Origin: a virus
DNA: 64,000 nucleotides
Direction: 5' to 3' (one strand)
Virus record (IMG/VR): IMGVR_UViG_3300027861_000010
Positions 33,939 through 43,755 of this stretch are shown in pieces. Made by a program: the position numbers and the translations under genes. The notes under the pieces are model-generated. The model did not search any database and was not told where the DNA came from. It worked only from the letters and a program-made list of their open reading frames with translations. Position 1 is the stretch's first letter. Each line of letters opens with the position of its first letter.

Positions 33939-36900
33939 ATGGCAAGACGACGCATTATCACCCCTGCAGGTGGTGTCAATCTCAACCGCAGGGGAAAAGG
34001 TACGATCTCGGCGGCGAACGCTTATCAGAAGCGACTAAATCACTGCCGAACAAGTGATGCAATCTTCCCAGCGAACTCTCCTGGGCTTCCCCCGTTGCCT
34101 CCGAACTCCGCGTTTGTGAGCTACGTGCACGCCCTTGGGGATACCGAGACCGAAGTGTACGAAGAAAATGTGCTGGACGAGGAAGGTAATAAGAAGAAGG
34201 TCAGACGACTGAAGGCTAGTGCTCAGTTGCACGAGTTGATTCGAGATGCTCTGCGTACGCCGAGTTTCATGTTACCTGTGGAGATTGGTCCGCACAGAGA
34301 GAAGGAAGCGACATTTGTTCCTGGGCATTTGTGGGGAGCAGAAGGGGCGACAGGCCCGCGACAGGCTGACGTTATGATCCTGAACAAGATGCCTTGGGTC
34401 ACTGAGACTCACGAAGAGAGGTGTCTTGCTGGTGAAGAAGGTGAGTTGCTGCTTGAAGCGTTTCGACGCATCAAGGCTAAAGGGATCGGTAAGTTCTACA
34501 TCACTCACCTGGTGAAGTTCATGCCTCCCGATTGGAAGACCAATTTGAAGGCAGCTTGGGTTAAGGACTGCATGCATCTGCTGCACCACGAACTTAAGAT
34601 TGTTCAGCCCAAGTACATTTTGTGTTTGGGTTCTGACGCATGTAAGGCTTTACTTGGGTCGCAGGCCAGCATCACTTCCATGGAAGGTCGTGTTGAGCCC
34701 TTTGAGTACAACGTCGGTTATCTGCCTGAACAGCTCGGTGAGGAGTATACGAAGACTGCTCAGGTCATGGCTGTCATTCACCCAAAGCAGGTTCTTCGGG
34801 ATCAGGCAGCGGGGCGGCAGCTTGAACAGGGTGTTGGCCGGTTTGCAGCACTGACACAGGGAGCAGAGGTTGGAGCTTCAGAGAAGATTGATCACAGACA
34901 GATCGACAATCACATTGACCTGTACTGTCTGCTAAAGGAGATCGAGCAGGATCCGACCAAGGAAGACGATGTCATTGCAGTGGATGCTGAATGGCATGGC
35001 GATCACCCTGTCAATGAAAACGCGTACGTGCGGACTATTCAATTTGCGTGGCATCCGAAAGTGGCTGCCGGAGTCAAGCTGTGCGAAGCGGGAGGCGAGA
35101 TCACGAACGGTTTCAAGAACTGGGAAACAAACGGCGGCGGCTTCGCTCCCGCAACCATTGAGTTACTTACAAAGTTCTTCAACGGTGGCGAGTATCCGGA
35201 TATTGGTGAGCCTGGTGGTGTAATCAAGTTCCGTAAAAAGCGAGTTGTTGGGCACTTCTTTAATGCTGACCTTGAGTGGTTCGTTGACGCATTAGGGATC
35301 GACCTGAGGCCATCGTTTGCCTGCTCGCTCTTTGATTTCGAGATGAAACCACTTCATAGCATTAAGGGCCGTCGACGTAAATTGACCAAACTCTACAAGG
35401 ATGAAGGCTTTCGGATTGGCGATACTGTGTCAGCCTGGGCTCGGACGAAGCTGGAAGGTGGTGCCGATACTGGTTTGATGGCTCACGCTATTGAAGAGAC
35501 CGCCAGTTACAAGCTGGAAACTTTGGCCATGAGGTACACCACTGCTCCGCGGTACGATGCCGCTTTGGATAAGTGGAAAGAAGCTTACTGTAAGGAGAAG
35601 GGACTTAGCAGTAAGTCAATGGAAGGATATGGCGAGTGTCCTGACGATGTTCTGTTGCCGTACGGTATCTACGATGCTGACGTGACTTTGCGGCTCTTCT
35701 ACGCTCTCGACGTCCTACTGGACGAAGACTACGAGGGTAATGACTGCCGTGAGGCTTTCTGGGAGTCACAGATTGCAACTCCAGCTGTGTTAGAAATTCA
35801 TCGAACAGGGATCGCAATTGACAAGGCCCGTGTTGACGTACTCACCACAGCTTTTGAGAATTCACGAAGTCAACTCGAGGATAGCCTCCGGCAAGCAATT
35901 AACTGGCCGGACTTCAACATCCGGTCAACACAGCAGGTGAAGGAGTTCTTGTTTGGCCACAAGCTGAACGGGAAGCTCGACAAAGAGACGGGGAATCCTG
36001 TGAGGATCCGTCCGGAAGGTGCGATGAGCCTGGGTCTCCAGCCTCTGTTTGATACCGGCAAACCACCGAAACAGTGGATTGAGATCAAGAAGGCAAGGAA
36101 GGAGCACGAGCATTCACCTTCAACCAACAAGCAGGTGCTTTCCATCCTGGGTCGAGAGACTGCCGAGGAGCACAAATGTAAGTTGGTCAACATGGTGAGG
36201 GATTACCGGTTCCTTGATCAAGTGCTGAAGACAGTGCTGCGTCCAGCTCGACGCGACGATGAGAACAACAATGCTAAAATCGTCGACGATGATGGGCACT
36301 TCACTTACGAAGATGGTCTGGCGTCCATGGCTTGCGATGACGGCAAGGTGCGGACACACATTTACCAGACCAAGGAAACTGGTCGCTGGTCGAGTGCTCG
36401 ACCTAACCTGCAGAATATCTCGAAGCAGCGTGACCCTGATTACAAGCGTTTGCTGGGTGAGTCCTACAAGTACAGTCTTCGGAGTGTGCTGAAGGCTTCA
36501 CCTGGGCATGTGCTGGTTGAGGCGGATTACGTTGGTGCTGAGTTGTTCGGTATGGCTGTGATGGCTGGCGATCAAAACATGATTCAGCACGCGATGCGAA
36601 ATCAGCTGCCGGAAGATCACTCTGACTTCTACGACATCCACAGTAATGTGGCCGTCTTCGCTTTCAAGCTGAAATGCCCTCCAACCAAGAGCGGGCTGGC
36701 TTCGATCGGTAAGAAGCATATTCGTATCGTTGCGAAGTCTGTGATCTTTGGTATCGCCTACGGTCGAGGGGCCAAAGCGATTGCCGTGGCAGCAAAAGAG
36801 CAGGGAATCGACATTACGGTCGATGAAGCTCAAGCTGTGATTGATGCGATTTTCCAGATGTACCCAATGCTTCAGCCGTTCTTTCAAGAGTGTCAGGAGC

Positions 36901-37553
36901 GAGCAACTGGTAAGTACCTTGATCCGGAAACAGGTCAGCCGCTTGGAGCGAATTACCTGTGCAACTGTTATGGTCGCTTTCGTCGTTTTCCAGATTCCGG
37001 TGGCGACAATAGTCTGGCGGCGGAGTTCGAGCGTCAAGCTATGAACTTCCCAATCCAGTCAATGATTGCTTCGGCGGTCAGTCGAGCCATCGCGTACGTT
37101 CACGACTACAAGCTGCGGCAACTGAAACGCGGGCACGATATGTTCCGTATTCTGTTGCAGATCCATGACGCCATCCTGCTTGAAGTGCCTTACAAGTACG
37201 TCAAGCATGTTTGTGAGTACGTCTTGCCGACATATATGCGGGAAGCTGTGCCGATCTATCCGACCAACTTGGACGGTATTCCGTCAGGGGATGGTCCGTA
37301 TACGCTGGGTATTGAGGCCGACGTGATGAATCACTGGGGCGAATTGCTCACGTACAATGAAGCGACGAAGCATGGATTGCCGACCGGAAGCGGTAAGGTT
37401 ACTGGTTGCGTGGTTAACTATAGCCACGCGAAAGAGATAACCAAGCCGATCCGTAAACAACGTTCGGTGGCGAAAGCCAGCAAGGCACGCTCTCAGCGTG
37501 ACTTGAAAGCCGAGTCATACCCGTTTAACAAAAAGAAAAAGCGGAGGAAGTAG
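33939..37553 (+). CDS. polA: Family A DNA polymerase with N-terminal uracil-DNA-glycosylase-like domain (SPO1-type architecture)
   Basis: UDG-like motifs (FYITHLVKFMPP, ELKIVQPKYILCLG, VIHP); 3'-5' exo (AVDAE, FNADL, YDADVT); pol motifs A EADYVGAEL, B RIVAKSVIFGIAYG and C QIHDAI. Confidence 0.92.
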   Translation: MARRRIITPAGGVNLNRRGKGTISAANAYQKRLNHCRTSDAIFPANSPGLPPLPPNSAFVSYVHALGDTETEVYEENVLDEEGNKKKVRRLKASAQLHELIRDALRTPSFMLPVEIGPHREKEATFVPGHLWGAEGATGPRQADVMILNKMPWVTETHEERCLAGEEGELLLEAFRRIKAKGIGKFYITHLVKFMPPDWKTNLKAAWVKDCMHLLHHELKIVQPKYILCLGSDACKALLGSQASITSMEGRVEPFEYNVGYLPEQLGEEYTKTAQVMAVIHPKQVLRDQAAGRQLEQGVGRFAALTQGAEVGASEKIDHRQIDNHIDLYCLLKEIEQDPTKEDDVIAVDAEWHGDHPVNENAYVRTIQFAWHPKVAAGVKLCEAGGEITNGFKNWETNGGGFAPATIELLTKFFNGGEYPDIGEPGGVIKFRKKRVVGHFFNADLEWFVDALGIDLRPSFACSLFDFEMKPLHSIKGRRRKLTKLYKDEGFRIGDTVSAWARTKLEGGADTGLMAHAIEETASYKLETLAMRYTTAPRYDAALDKWKEAYCKEKGLSSKSMEGYGECPDDVLLPYGIYDADVTLRLFYALDVLLDEDYEGNDCREAFWESQIATPAVLEIHRTGIAIDKARVDVLTTAFENSRSQLEDSLRQAINWPDFNIRSTQQVKEFLFGHKLNGKLDKETGNPVRIRPEGAMSLGLQPLFDTGKPPKQWIEIKKARKEHEHSPSTNKQVLSILGRETAEEHKCKLVNMVRDYRFLDQVLKTVLRPARRDDENNNAKIVDDDGHFTYEDGLASMACDDGKVRTHIYQTKETGRWSSARPNLQNISKQRDPDYKRLLGESYKYSLRSVLKASPGHVLVEADYVGAELFGMAVMAGDQNMIQHAMRNQLPEDHSDFYDIHSNVAVFAFKLKCPPTKSGLASIGKKHIRIVAKSVIFGIAYGRGAKAIAVAAKEQGIDITVDEAQAVIDAIFQMYPMLQPFFQECQERATGKYLDPETGQPLGANYLCNCYGRFRRFPDSGGDNSLAAEFERQAMNFPIQSMIASAVSRAIAYVHDYKLRQLKRGHDMFRILLQIHDAILLEVPYKYVKHVCEYVLPTYMREAVPIYPTNLDGIPSGDGPYTLGIEADVMNHWGELLTYNEATKHGLPTGSGKVTGCVVNYSHAKEITKPIRKQRSVAKASKARSQRDLKAESYPFNKKKKRRK

Positions 37554-37556
37554 CTC

Positions 37557-38237
37557 ATGTTTGTAGCCATAGAAGGGATTGATGGCTCAGGAAAAGGGAC
37601 TGTCACCAAGGCATTGTACGATCAACTGACCGAAGAGGGTTCAAAGGTTGACGCGTTGAGCTTCCCGCGTTACGGGGAAACCCTGTATGGGAAGCTTGTC
37701 GGTCGTTACCTCAACGGCGAGTTCGGAGACAACACGCATCCGTATTTACATGGAACGCTGTATTCGCTGGACCGGTTTGAATCGAAGCCATTCCTTGAGT
37801 CGGCAATCTCGTACAACGACGTGGTGTTGTGTGATCGCTACATCCCGTCAAACCTTTGTTACTCGGCCTTGAAGGCAGGAGAAGGAGAAAGAGATGAAGT
37901 CGTTGAACACTTCGTAAAACTTGAATACGAGATCATGAAAATGCCAGTCCCTGACGTCATTTTCTTTCTCGATGTACCGGTGAAATTTGCCGTGCAGAAC
38001 ATTGCCAAGAAGGCGGCTCGGGAGTATACTGATCGCACCGCTGATATTCACGAAGCGGATGATGAATACCTGAGCCAAGTGAGAGCTTTTTACGCGTCGA
38101 CGCTGATGAAATTTCATCCGCAGACTCGCTTTGAAGCTGTAAAATGTGAGCGTAATGGGCACCTAATCCCGATCGAAAAGGTCGTGGAGAAAGTGCATAC
38201 ACTGTTGTCAACAATGATGAAAGGTAAGAACGAATGA
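37557..38237 (+). CDS. tmk: Thymidylate (dTMP) kinase
   Basis: IEGIDGSGKGT P-loop, FPRY, LCDRY and PDVIFFLDVP. Confidence 0.9.
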   Translation: MFVAIEGIDGSGKGTVTKALYDQLTEEGSKVDALSFPRYGETLYGKLVGRYLNGEFGDNTHPYLHGTLYSLDRFESKPFLESAISYNDVVLCDRYIPSNLCYSALKAGEGERDEVVEHFVKLEYEIMKMPVPDVIFFLDVPVKFAVQNIAKKAAREYTDRTADIHEADDEYLSQVRAFYASTLMKFHPQTRFEAVKCERNGHLIPIEKVVEKVHTLLSTMMKGKNE

Positions 38238-40153
38238 GTCGAAAGAAGCGATCTCTCAAACCACGAACCCGTGAGTCCGTGGAAAACCGTCAGCTCGATG
38301 CTGATGCTGATGGTGGTCGGTCCCTGACCCCACGCGGCGATCACAGCATCAACCCGAACGTCAATAACGTTCGACTCGACAAGTTGCGGTGCTACAAGAA
38401 GGGCAAGTCTGTCATCCGCGTTTGGAACATGCTTGATCCGGAAAATCCCGGTGAAGCCCTGTTGAATGGTCGGTTGTCGGCCATTGATCTGGCAGGTCTT
38501 GGAGGCATGTCGATCTCGGAACCTGCTTTGTGCGTCCAGTACGCAGGCGTCCATAAGGACTCTGGTTCTTTCCTGGGTAATGACGACGTCGAGCAGTGCA
38601 GCTACATCATCGCACGCTCGAAGGGAAGCTCCTACGAAGGGGTGAACTTCTGGGATCTACCGTACCCCAAGCTGTATGTCATGGCGAAGAAGGCTCGAGA
38701 CTCGGGCGAGTTTGGCCACGGCGGTGCTTGGAATCCGAAGTGGAACGCTCTCATGTCGGGTCAGATGCCTGCTTTGGGTTCGTTCAAGCAGCGGTACTTC
38801 GTTGTCTGTTCGGTCCTTGAGAACGGCCCTAACCTGGACTTGGTGCGGGAACGTGTTGAGTACCGAAAGGACGGCAAGGACGTTGCCGAAGAGTACAAGC
38901 GGGAAGGCATTCCGCTTGGTGACAAGGCAGACGATCCTGTGATGATCTTGCAGTTGCCGGTTTCGGCAGGGCGTAAGTTGTTGCAGTTGTGCTGCATGGA
39001 GAAGCAGGATTACAACGGCAATCCTGATGTCAATCCGTCGGTGATGTTCAAGTACGGCGATCCGTGCGGGAAGTTCGATCCTGCGACCCAGACGGTCAAA
39101 GGCGGCGTTTTCTTTACGCTGTACAACCCTGAAAAGGTGACGATCGACAAGCACACCACGTTCCAGGGTGTCACCAATCCTCAGGTTGTCGAGTACGAAG
39201 CTGCTGTAACGGCTAAACACTCAGGCCCCAAGGGGCCTATCAGTGCAAGCCTCGGTGCCGAACAGGTCGACAACATCTTCAATAAGCATTTGTTCTTGTG
39301 GAAGGACAGCGACGAGGATCCGAAGGATTCGTACTTGCTGCACGAGCCCTCAATTGAAGAACGTTGTGTTCTCCTGGCCCGTGCGTTCAAGCAGGTTCCG
39401 AAGTTGTTGGAATTCTGTTGGATGTCGCAACCGGAGTACATCCAGTTCGATGCAGTGCAGGCGATTCTGAAGAACCGCACAACCAGTGTCGGAAGCGGTG
39501 TGGCTAAGCCAAGTCTGGAAGAGGACGAAGAAGAAGCTCCGTTCGATACCGAGGAGGACGAGGTTCCCACAAGCAAGGCGGCTAAGAAGTCCGCAGAAGA
39601 GTTGGTTGATGAGTTCGACGATGAGTTCGACGAGGACGAATTGAAGGATGGCGACGAAGTCGAAGCCTCTGGCGACGAAGTCGAAGCCTCTGGCGACGAA
39701 GTCGAAGCCTCTGACGACGATGACGAGTTCAGCGACGAGGACGAGGACGAGGAGTTCGAGGAAGGGGACGACGAAGACGAAGAAGAAACTGACGCTGAGG
39801 CGTTGGATGAATCTGAGTTGGTTGACGAAGCCGAAGACGAATTCGCGGACGATGACGGGGATGACGGGGATGACGGGGATGACGACGACGACAGCGACGA
39901 CGACGATGACGAAGAAGAAGAGGCTAATGCGGTCTCCGAGGACTTCGATGAATTCGACGATGAAGCTGAAGCGGAGCCTGAATTGGAAGAGCAGTTGAAC
40001 CAGAGCCTGGCAAAGGCGAAGGCGGTTGCCCGAAGCAAGAAGCGAGTTTCCAAGAAGACGACGAAAGCTGCTCCGAAGGCGTCTACCAAGAAGAAGTCCA
40101 CCAAGAAGAAGTCCACCAAGAAGAAGTCCACCAAGAAGACTGCTTCTAAGTAG
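38234..40153 (+). CDS. Putative ssDNA-binding/recombination mediator protein with a very long acidic tract and Lys-rich tail
   Basis: About 410-aa globular part, then a D/E-rich tract and KKKST repeats; lies between tmk and recA. SSB role is inferred. Confidence 0.5.
   Translation: MSRKKRSLKPRTRESVENRQLDADADGGRSLTPRGDHSINPNVNNVRLDKLRCYKKGKSVIRVWNMLDPENPGEALLNGRLSAIDLAGLGGMSISEPALCVQYAGVHKDSGSFLGNDDVEQCSYIIARSKGSSYEGVNFWDLPYPKLYVMAKKARDSGEFGHGGAWNPKWNALMSGQMPALGSFKQRYFVVCSVLENGPNLDLVRERVEYRKDGKDVAEEYKREGIPLGDKADDPVMILQLPVSAGRKLLQLCCMEKQDYNGNPDVNPSVMFKYGDPCGKFDPATQTVKGGVFFTLYNPEKVTIDKHTTFQGVTNPQVVEYEAAVTAKHSGPKGPISASLGAEQVDNIFNKHLFLWKDSDEDPKDSYLLHEPSIEERCVLLARAFKQVPKLLEFCWMSQPEYIQFDAVQAILKNRTTSVGSGVAKPSLEEDEEEAPFDTEEDEVPTSKAAKKSAEELVDEFDDEFDEDELKDGDEVEASGDEVEASGDEVEASDDDDEFSDEDEDEEFEEGDDEDEEETDAEALDESELVDEAEDEFADDDGDDGDDGDDDDDSDDDDDEEEEANAVSEDFDEFDDEAEAEPELEEQLNQSLAKAKAVARSKKRVSKKTTKAAPKASTKKKSTKKKSTKKKSTKKTASK
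39650..39712. repeat. 21-bp in-frame tandem repeat x3 (GDEVEAS)
   Basis: ggcgacgaagtcgaagcctct x3, perfect. Confidence 0.9.
40085..40139. repeat. 15-bp in-frame tandem repeat, about 3.7 copies (TKKKS)
   Basis: accaagaagaagtcc x3 plus a partial copy. Confidence 0.9.
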
Positions 40154-40166
40154 TGAATTGTCACAG

Positions 40167-40210
40167 CGGGGCCGGGGAGTGAGGAAACTCAGTCCCGGTC
40201 CCGTTTTTTT
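40167..40210 (+). terminator. Intrinsic terminator
   Basis: CGGGGCCGGG / CCCGGTCCCG outer stem with inner TGAG-GAAA-CTCA hairpin, followed by T7. Confidence 0.8.
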
Positions 40211-40229
40211 GTTTAATCAGGAGGTTAAG

Positions 40230-41732
40230 TTGGTAGATACACCAGAGTCTGACGATGTCTTCGACGAGTTCGACGAGTTCGACGATATCTTGGAGCCACC
40301 TGCTGCCCCCGCACCTAAGAAGGCACCTAAGAAGGCAGCAAAGAAGAAAGCGGTCAAGAAAAAAGCTCCAACAAAGAAGACCGTGAAGAAAAAACCAGCA
40401 GCCGAGGTTGCGGACTCTAAGAAGCCAGCCAAGAAACGGGTTGGTAATCTCGGAGATAATCGCAAGCTTACTGTTAAAGGAAAGAAGTCTCTGCGTTCCA
40501 GGTGGAGTGTTGAGAACCGCGGTAAGTCTCGAGACGGGTTGATGAGTGGGCTGGTAAATGCCGCTCGTGACAAGTTCGGGGCTGATCGTGTTTTTGGTTC
40601 CCGCGAGGAGCTCGGACAACTGGCAATCGGCATCCCCACTCCGTCGTTGTCGTTCGAGTACCTGGTAGCCAACGACATCTTCCCATTGTCGTCAGTTATG
40701 ATGCTGGCAGGCAGCTGGGGTAGTTGTAAGTCTGCGTTGTCGTATGAATTCTTCCGGTGGTTCTACGAGCTGTCCGGATTGGCAGTTCACATCGACACTG
40801 AAGACAAGTTTGATGCGGATTTCGCTTGCGACATCATGCGGGTTCCACACGAAGAGACGCCGATCATCTCGAACCGAGCCAATTCGGTTGAGCAGATGCA
40901 GCAAATTCTGACACATTACGTTAAGGAGCTGCAGAAGATTCTGATCGGCAATAAAGAGAATCCAGGGCCAGGGAAGATTGTTCCTTGTGTGCTGGCTATC
41001 GACAGTCTGGCCGGGGCGACATCAACCGAGATTCAGGAAAAGATCCTGAAAGACGGCAACGCAAACCGGACTCACCCCGTCAACGCGTTGAAGAACACGA
41101 TCTACTTAAGCGGCATCAAGAAGCAATTCGAGAACTGGCCGTTTACCTTATTGGTCGTGAATCACATGAAGGAGAAAACTGATGACATGGGTAACACCCA
41201 CCAATACACATTGGGTGGTCAGGCTTTCAACTTCCACGAGTCGTTCGAGTTGCGGAACTCGATCTGGAAATCGAAATTTAAGAACGCACAGTTCGAGGGT
41301 ATCGGTATTCGGATCCACTGCTCCAAGAACTCGTTCGGCCCCACGGGTCGCCGCATCAAGACTCGATTCCTTTGGTGGATTGAGGATGATCCGGAGACAG
41401 GTGAGCCTCGTGATGTGTTTCTGTGGGATTGGAACTGGTCGCTCTGCACCCTGTTGAACGAAATGGATGGCATCCAGAAACAGCGATTGAAAGATCGTGA
41501 TCTGGTCATCAAGTGCAAGTCTCCTCAAGCTGACATCGAGTGCTTGGCCAACTTTCGGGCAATTGGAATGGGCAAGGATGAATACCTGCCATTCCAGGAA
41601 GTCGGTCAGTTGATCCAGGATAACGAAGAAGTCTGCGAGAGAATTCGTGATGCCCTGAATATCAAACGGCGATACCATTTGGATCGCCCATACGATGAAA
41701 TCATCCAGGGACACTTGGAGAACTCAGAATGA
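40230..41732 (+). CDS. recA: RecA/UvsX-like recombinase with an acidic then K/A-rich N-terminal extension
   Basis: AGGAGG RBS before TTG 40230; Walker A GSWGSCKS, IDTEDKFD, Walker B AIDSLAG, VVNH, TLGGQAFNFH and KNSFGP. Confidence 0.85.
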   Translation: MVDTPESDDVFDEFDEFDDILEPPAAPAPKKAPKKAAKKKAVKKKAPTKKTVKKKPAAEVADSKKPAKKRVGNLGDNRKLTVKGKKSLRSRWSVENRGKSRDGLMSGLVNAARDKFGADRVFGSREELGQLAIGIPTPSLSFEYLVANDIFPLSSVMMLAGSWGSCKSALSYEFFRWFYELSGLAVHIDTEDKFDADFACDIMRVPHEETPIISNRANSVEQMQQILTHYVKELQKILIGNKENPGPGKIVPCVLAIDSLAGATSTEIQEKILKDGNANRTHPVNALKNTIYLSGIKKQFENWPFTLLVVNHMKEKTDDMGNTHQYTLGGQAFNFHESFELRNSIWKSKFKNAQFEGIGIRIHCSKNSFGPTGRRIKTRFLWWIEDDPETGEPRDVFLWDWNWSLCTLLNEMDGIQKQRLKDRDLVIKCKSPQADIECLANFRAIGMGKDEYLPFQEVGQLIQDNEEVCERIRDALNIKRRYHLDRPYDEIIQGHLENSE

Positions 41733-42280
41733 GTGGAACTAATCCGCTGAATCCGCTGCTCGGCAAGATCGAAAAGTTCGAGCAGTCCGATGAGCAGGTT
41801 CGACAATGGGTGTCGTCCCGAGTAGAGTGGACCCTAAGGAGGTTGAAGTTCGAGACCCAAAGAAAGGAGATCCTTTCGGAGGCTGTCGGAGGTTTGTATA
41901 CTTTTGAGGCGTTCAACCGTGTGGTTGATTTTCCAATGACCCTGTTCGGCGAGCCCCTGAAAGAAGAGCCGCCGATACACAGGGACGCGAGGTCAATTCA
42001 CCCACTTTGGTTCAAGGCGTTTATCGGACTGCCGTTCATGCGGTACTATGAAGAGGAGTTTTCAACGTTCAATGCTGCGAATCCAGAAAGGCCGCTCGGT
42101 ATGGTCTTTCCCCGAAAAGGATTCTCGCAAGGGTTGATTGTTCACAATGGCGACTGGGACTTGTTCGTTCCGCCGCAGTCCAGCTGCCACATATTCAAAG
42201 GCGGAAAAAAGCACTCAATGAACCTGCTCGTCCAGCCATACACGGGTTTCATTGACCACGTCAGAAAAACCCTCGTGTGA
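41729..42280 (+). CDS. Hypothetical protein
   Basis: ATGA coupling to recA; 183 aa. Confidence 0.6.
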   Translation: MSGTNPLNPLLGKIEKFEQSDEQVRQWVSSRVEWTLRRLKFETQRKEILSEAVGGLYTFEAFNRVVDFPMTLFGEPLKEEPPIHRDARSIHPLWFKAFIGLPFMRYYEEEFSTFNAANPERPLGMVFPRKGFSQGLIVHNGDWDLFVPPQSSCHIFKGGKKHSMNLLVQPYTGFIDHVRKTLV

Positions 42281-42317
42281 GGGCTGACTTAAATTCCAGA
42301 TTTTAGAAGAAGGGAAA

Positions 42318-43439
42318 ATGATGGCTGTATCAAATGAATTGACCGTCCAGCAACGAGAAGTGATCTTCGAGGACATGGATCAGGTCACACAGGAAGCAGC
42401 CACGGACGGTGCTAAAAAGCTTCAAGCAGGTTTCCAGGTCGCACTCCTGATCCAGTACGACCTTGGGACGATCGTGAACCGAATCTTCGAGGCTGAGCAT
42501 CTCAACGAGACTCAGCAGAAGCAGGAGGTGAAGAAACTGGCAGCGTACTGGAACCAGGATAAACTGGGGCCGACTACGTTGTACGACCTGCGAAATGTCG
42601 CATCCGCTTTTGACCGCGAGTTCATCAAGGAGCAGGTCGAAGAGCGACTGACAAATGGAGGGTATCTGACGTGGAGTCACTTCAAGGAGCTCCAGAAAGT
42701 CAGCAGCGAAAAGCGTCAACTGTCGATCTTGAAGCAGGTTCGTCGCCACTCTTGGAGTGCGAACGAATTGGCTCTGGAGCTTCAGGGCAAAAAGGAATCG
42801 GAAGTCAAACGAGCTGGTGGTCGCAAGCCGACACTGCCTAAGACACCGAACGCGATGCTCCAGAAGCTGTTCACGTCAATCCAGCAGTCGGACAATTATG
42901 TCCAGGCCGTTAACGAGCCTCTCGAGGGAATCTTCCTGGAGATGCCTGCCAGTGACGTTGACGACCAGTTCGTCTCGAACATCGACAATACTTTGGCTCG
43001 CATGGATGAGGCTCAGGCTCATATCAAGGAAACCGAGAAGAAACTGAAGAAAGTTCGGACTCGGGTCGTCAATGTGTTGAAGAAGGCTGAAAAAGCCGGT
43101 GCGAAGGAAGAGGCCAGCATGGCCTTGGCCGCTAAGGAATCTCCTGACGCAGGGGAGGGCGGCGGCAGCGTTACCGGAAAAAAGCGAGCCAAGAAGCGGG
43201 TTTTGAAGAAGACCCCGCAGCAGCGAGCAGCGGCGGCCAAGGGGCCGGTTTTGAAGAAGACCCCGCAGCAGCGAGCAGTGGCGGCCAAGAAGTCAACTTC
43301 AGTGACCTCGGCGAAGAAGAGCTCCAAGAGCTCGAAGGCTCCGGCGGCGACGAAGAAGAAGACTTCTAAGCGGGGTACTCCTCGCCGGTCGTCCAATGCA
43401 GCTCCTTCGGAAGCCGACGCAATACTCGCTGAGGATTGA
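42318..43439 (+). CDS. Putative DNA-binding protein (DUF1016-N-like helical domain) with histone H1-like K/A tail
   Basis: YDLG...LYDLRNVASAF...LTWSHFKEL pattern; KKA-rich C-terminus. Confidence 0.55.
   Translation: MMAVSNELTVQQREVIFEDMDQVTQEAATDGAKKLQAGFQVALLIQYDLGTIVNRIFEAEHLNETQQKQEVKKLAAYWNQDKLGPTTLYDLRNVASAFDREFIKEQVEERLTNGGYLTWSHFKELQKVSSEKRQLSILKQVRRHSWSANELALELQGKKESEVKRAGGRKPTLPKTPNAMLQKLFTSIQQSDNYVQAVNEPLEGIFLEMPASDVDDQFVSNIDNTLARMDEAQAHIKETEKKLKKVRTRVVNVLKKAEKAGAKEEASMALAAKESPDAGEGGGSVTGKKRAKKRVLKKTPQQRAAAAKGPVLKKTPQQRAVAAKKSTSVTSAKKSSKSSKAPAATKKKTSKRGTPRRSSNAAPSEADAILAED
43199..43289. repeat. In-frame duplication with 48-bp period (VLKKTPQQRAxAAK)
   Basis: Two 43-bp copies at 43199 and 43247, one mismatch. 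Confidence 0.85.
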
Positions 43440-43493
43440 GCGAGTAGGTGAAAATAGGATCCTGACGGTATTGGAACGAAGCCGTCACTGATG

Positions 43494-43530
43494 CCCGTAG
43501 CCTGACTTGTACAGGCTACGGGTTTTTTTT
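43494..43530 (+). terminator. Intrinsic terminator
   Basis: Perfect 11-bp stem CCCGTAGCCTG / CAGGCTACGGG followed by T8. Confidence 0.9.
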
Positions 43531-43755
43531 ACATGAGGAAGCATTGAAGCCTGCAAGCGAAATTCCGCTTCATGTGGCGTGGCGAATGGTTGGCTGGCCT
43601 TGAAAACCGGCACCCGGCTTATACCCGGTGAAAACGCCCTATACTTGTGGGAGTCAAATGCGAGTTAGGCAGGTACCAGCTTAAAAGTCGCATGGTCAGA
43701 GGTACCCGATTCATCAGTTGTGCGACGACTCGAAAATGATGTCGAATGAGGAAGA

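Noticed and set aside
39181-40164. 327-aa Ser-rich - strand ORF
   Set aside because: Reverse complement of the D/E/K low-complexity tract of 38234..40153.
40026-40229. Arg/Pro-rich N-terminal extension of recA in the ORF track
   Set aside because: Overlaps the previous gene's tail and a terminator; the AGGAGG-supported TTG at 40230 is the better start.
43576-43620. GGC triplets recurring in 5-nt phase (43576, 43581, 43596, 43616), suggestive of a periodic guide-like repeat
   Set aside because: Only 4 of 9 phased positions match, which is compatible with chance in GC-rich sequence.
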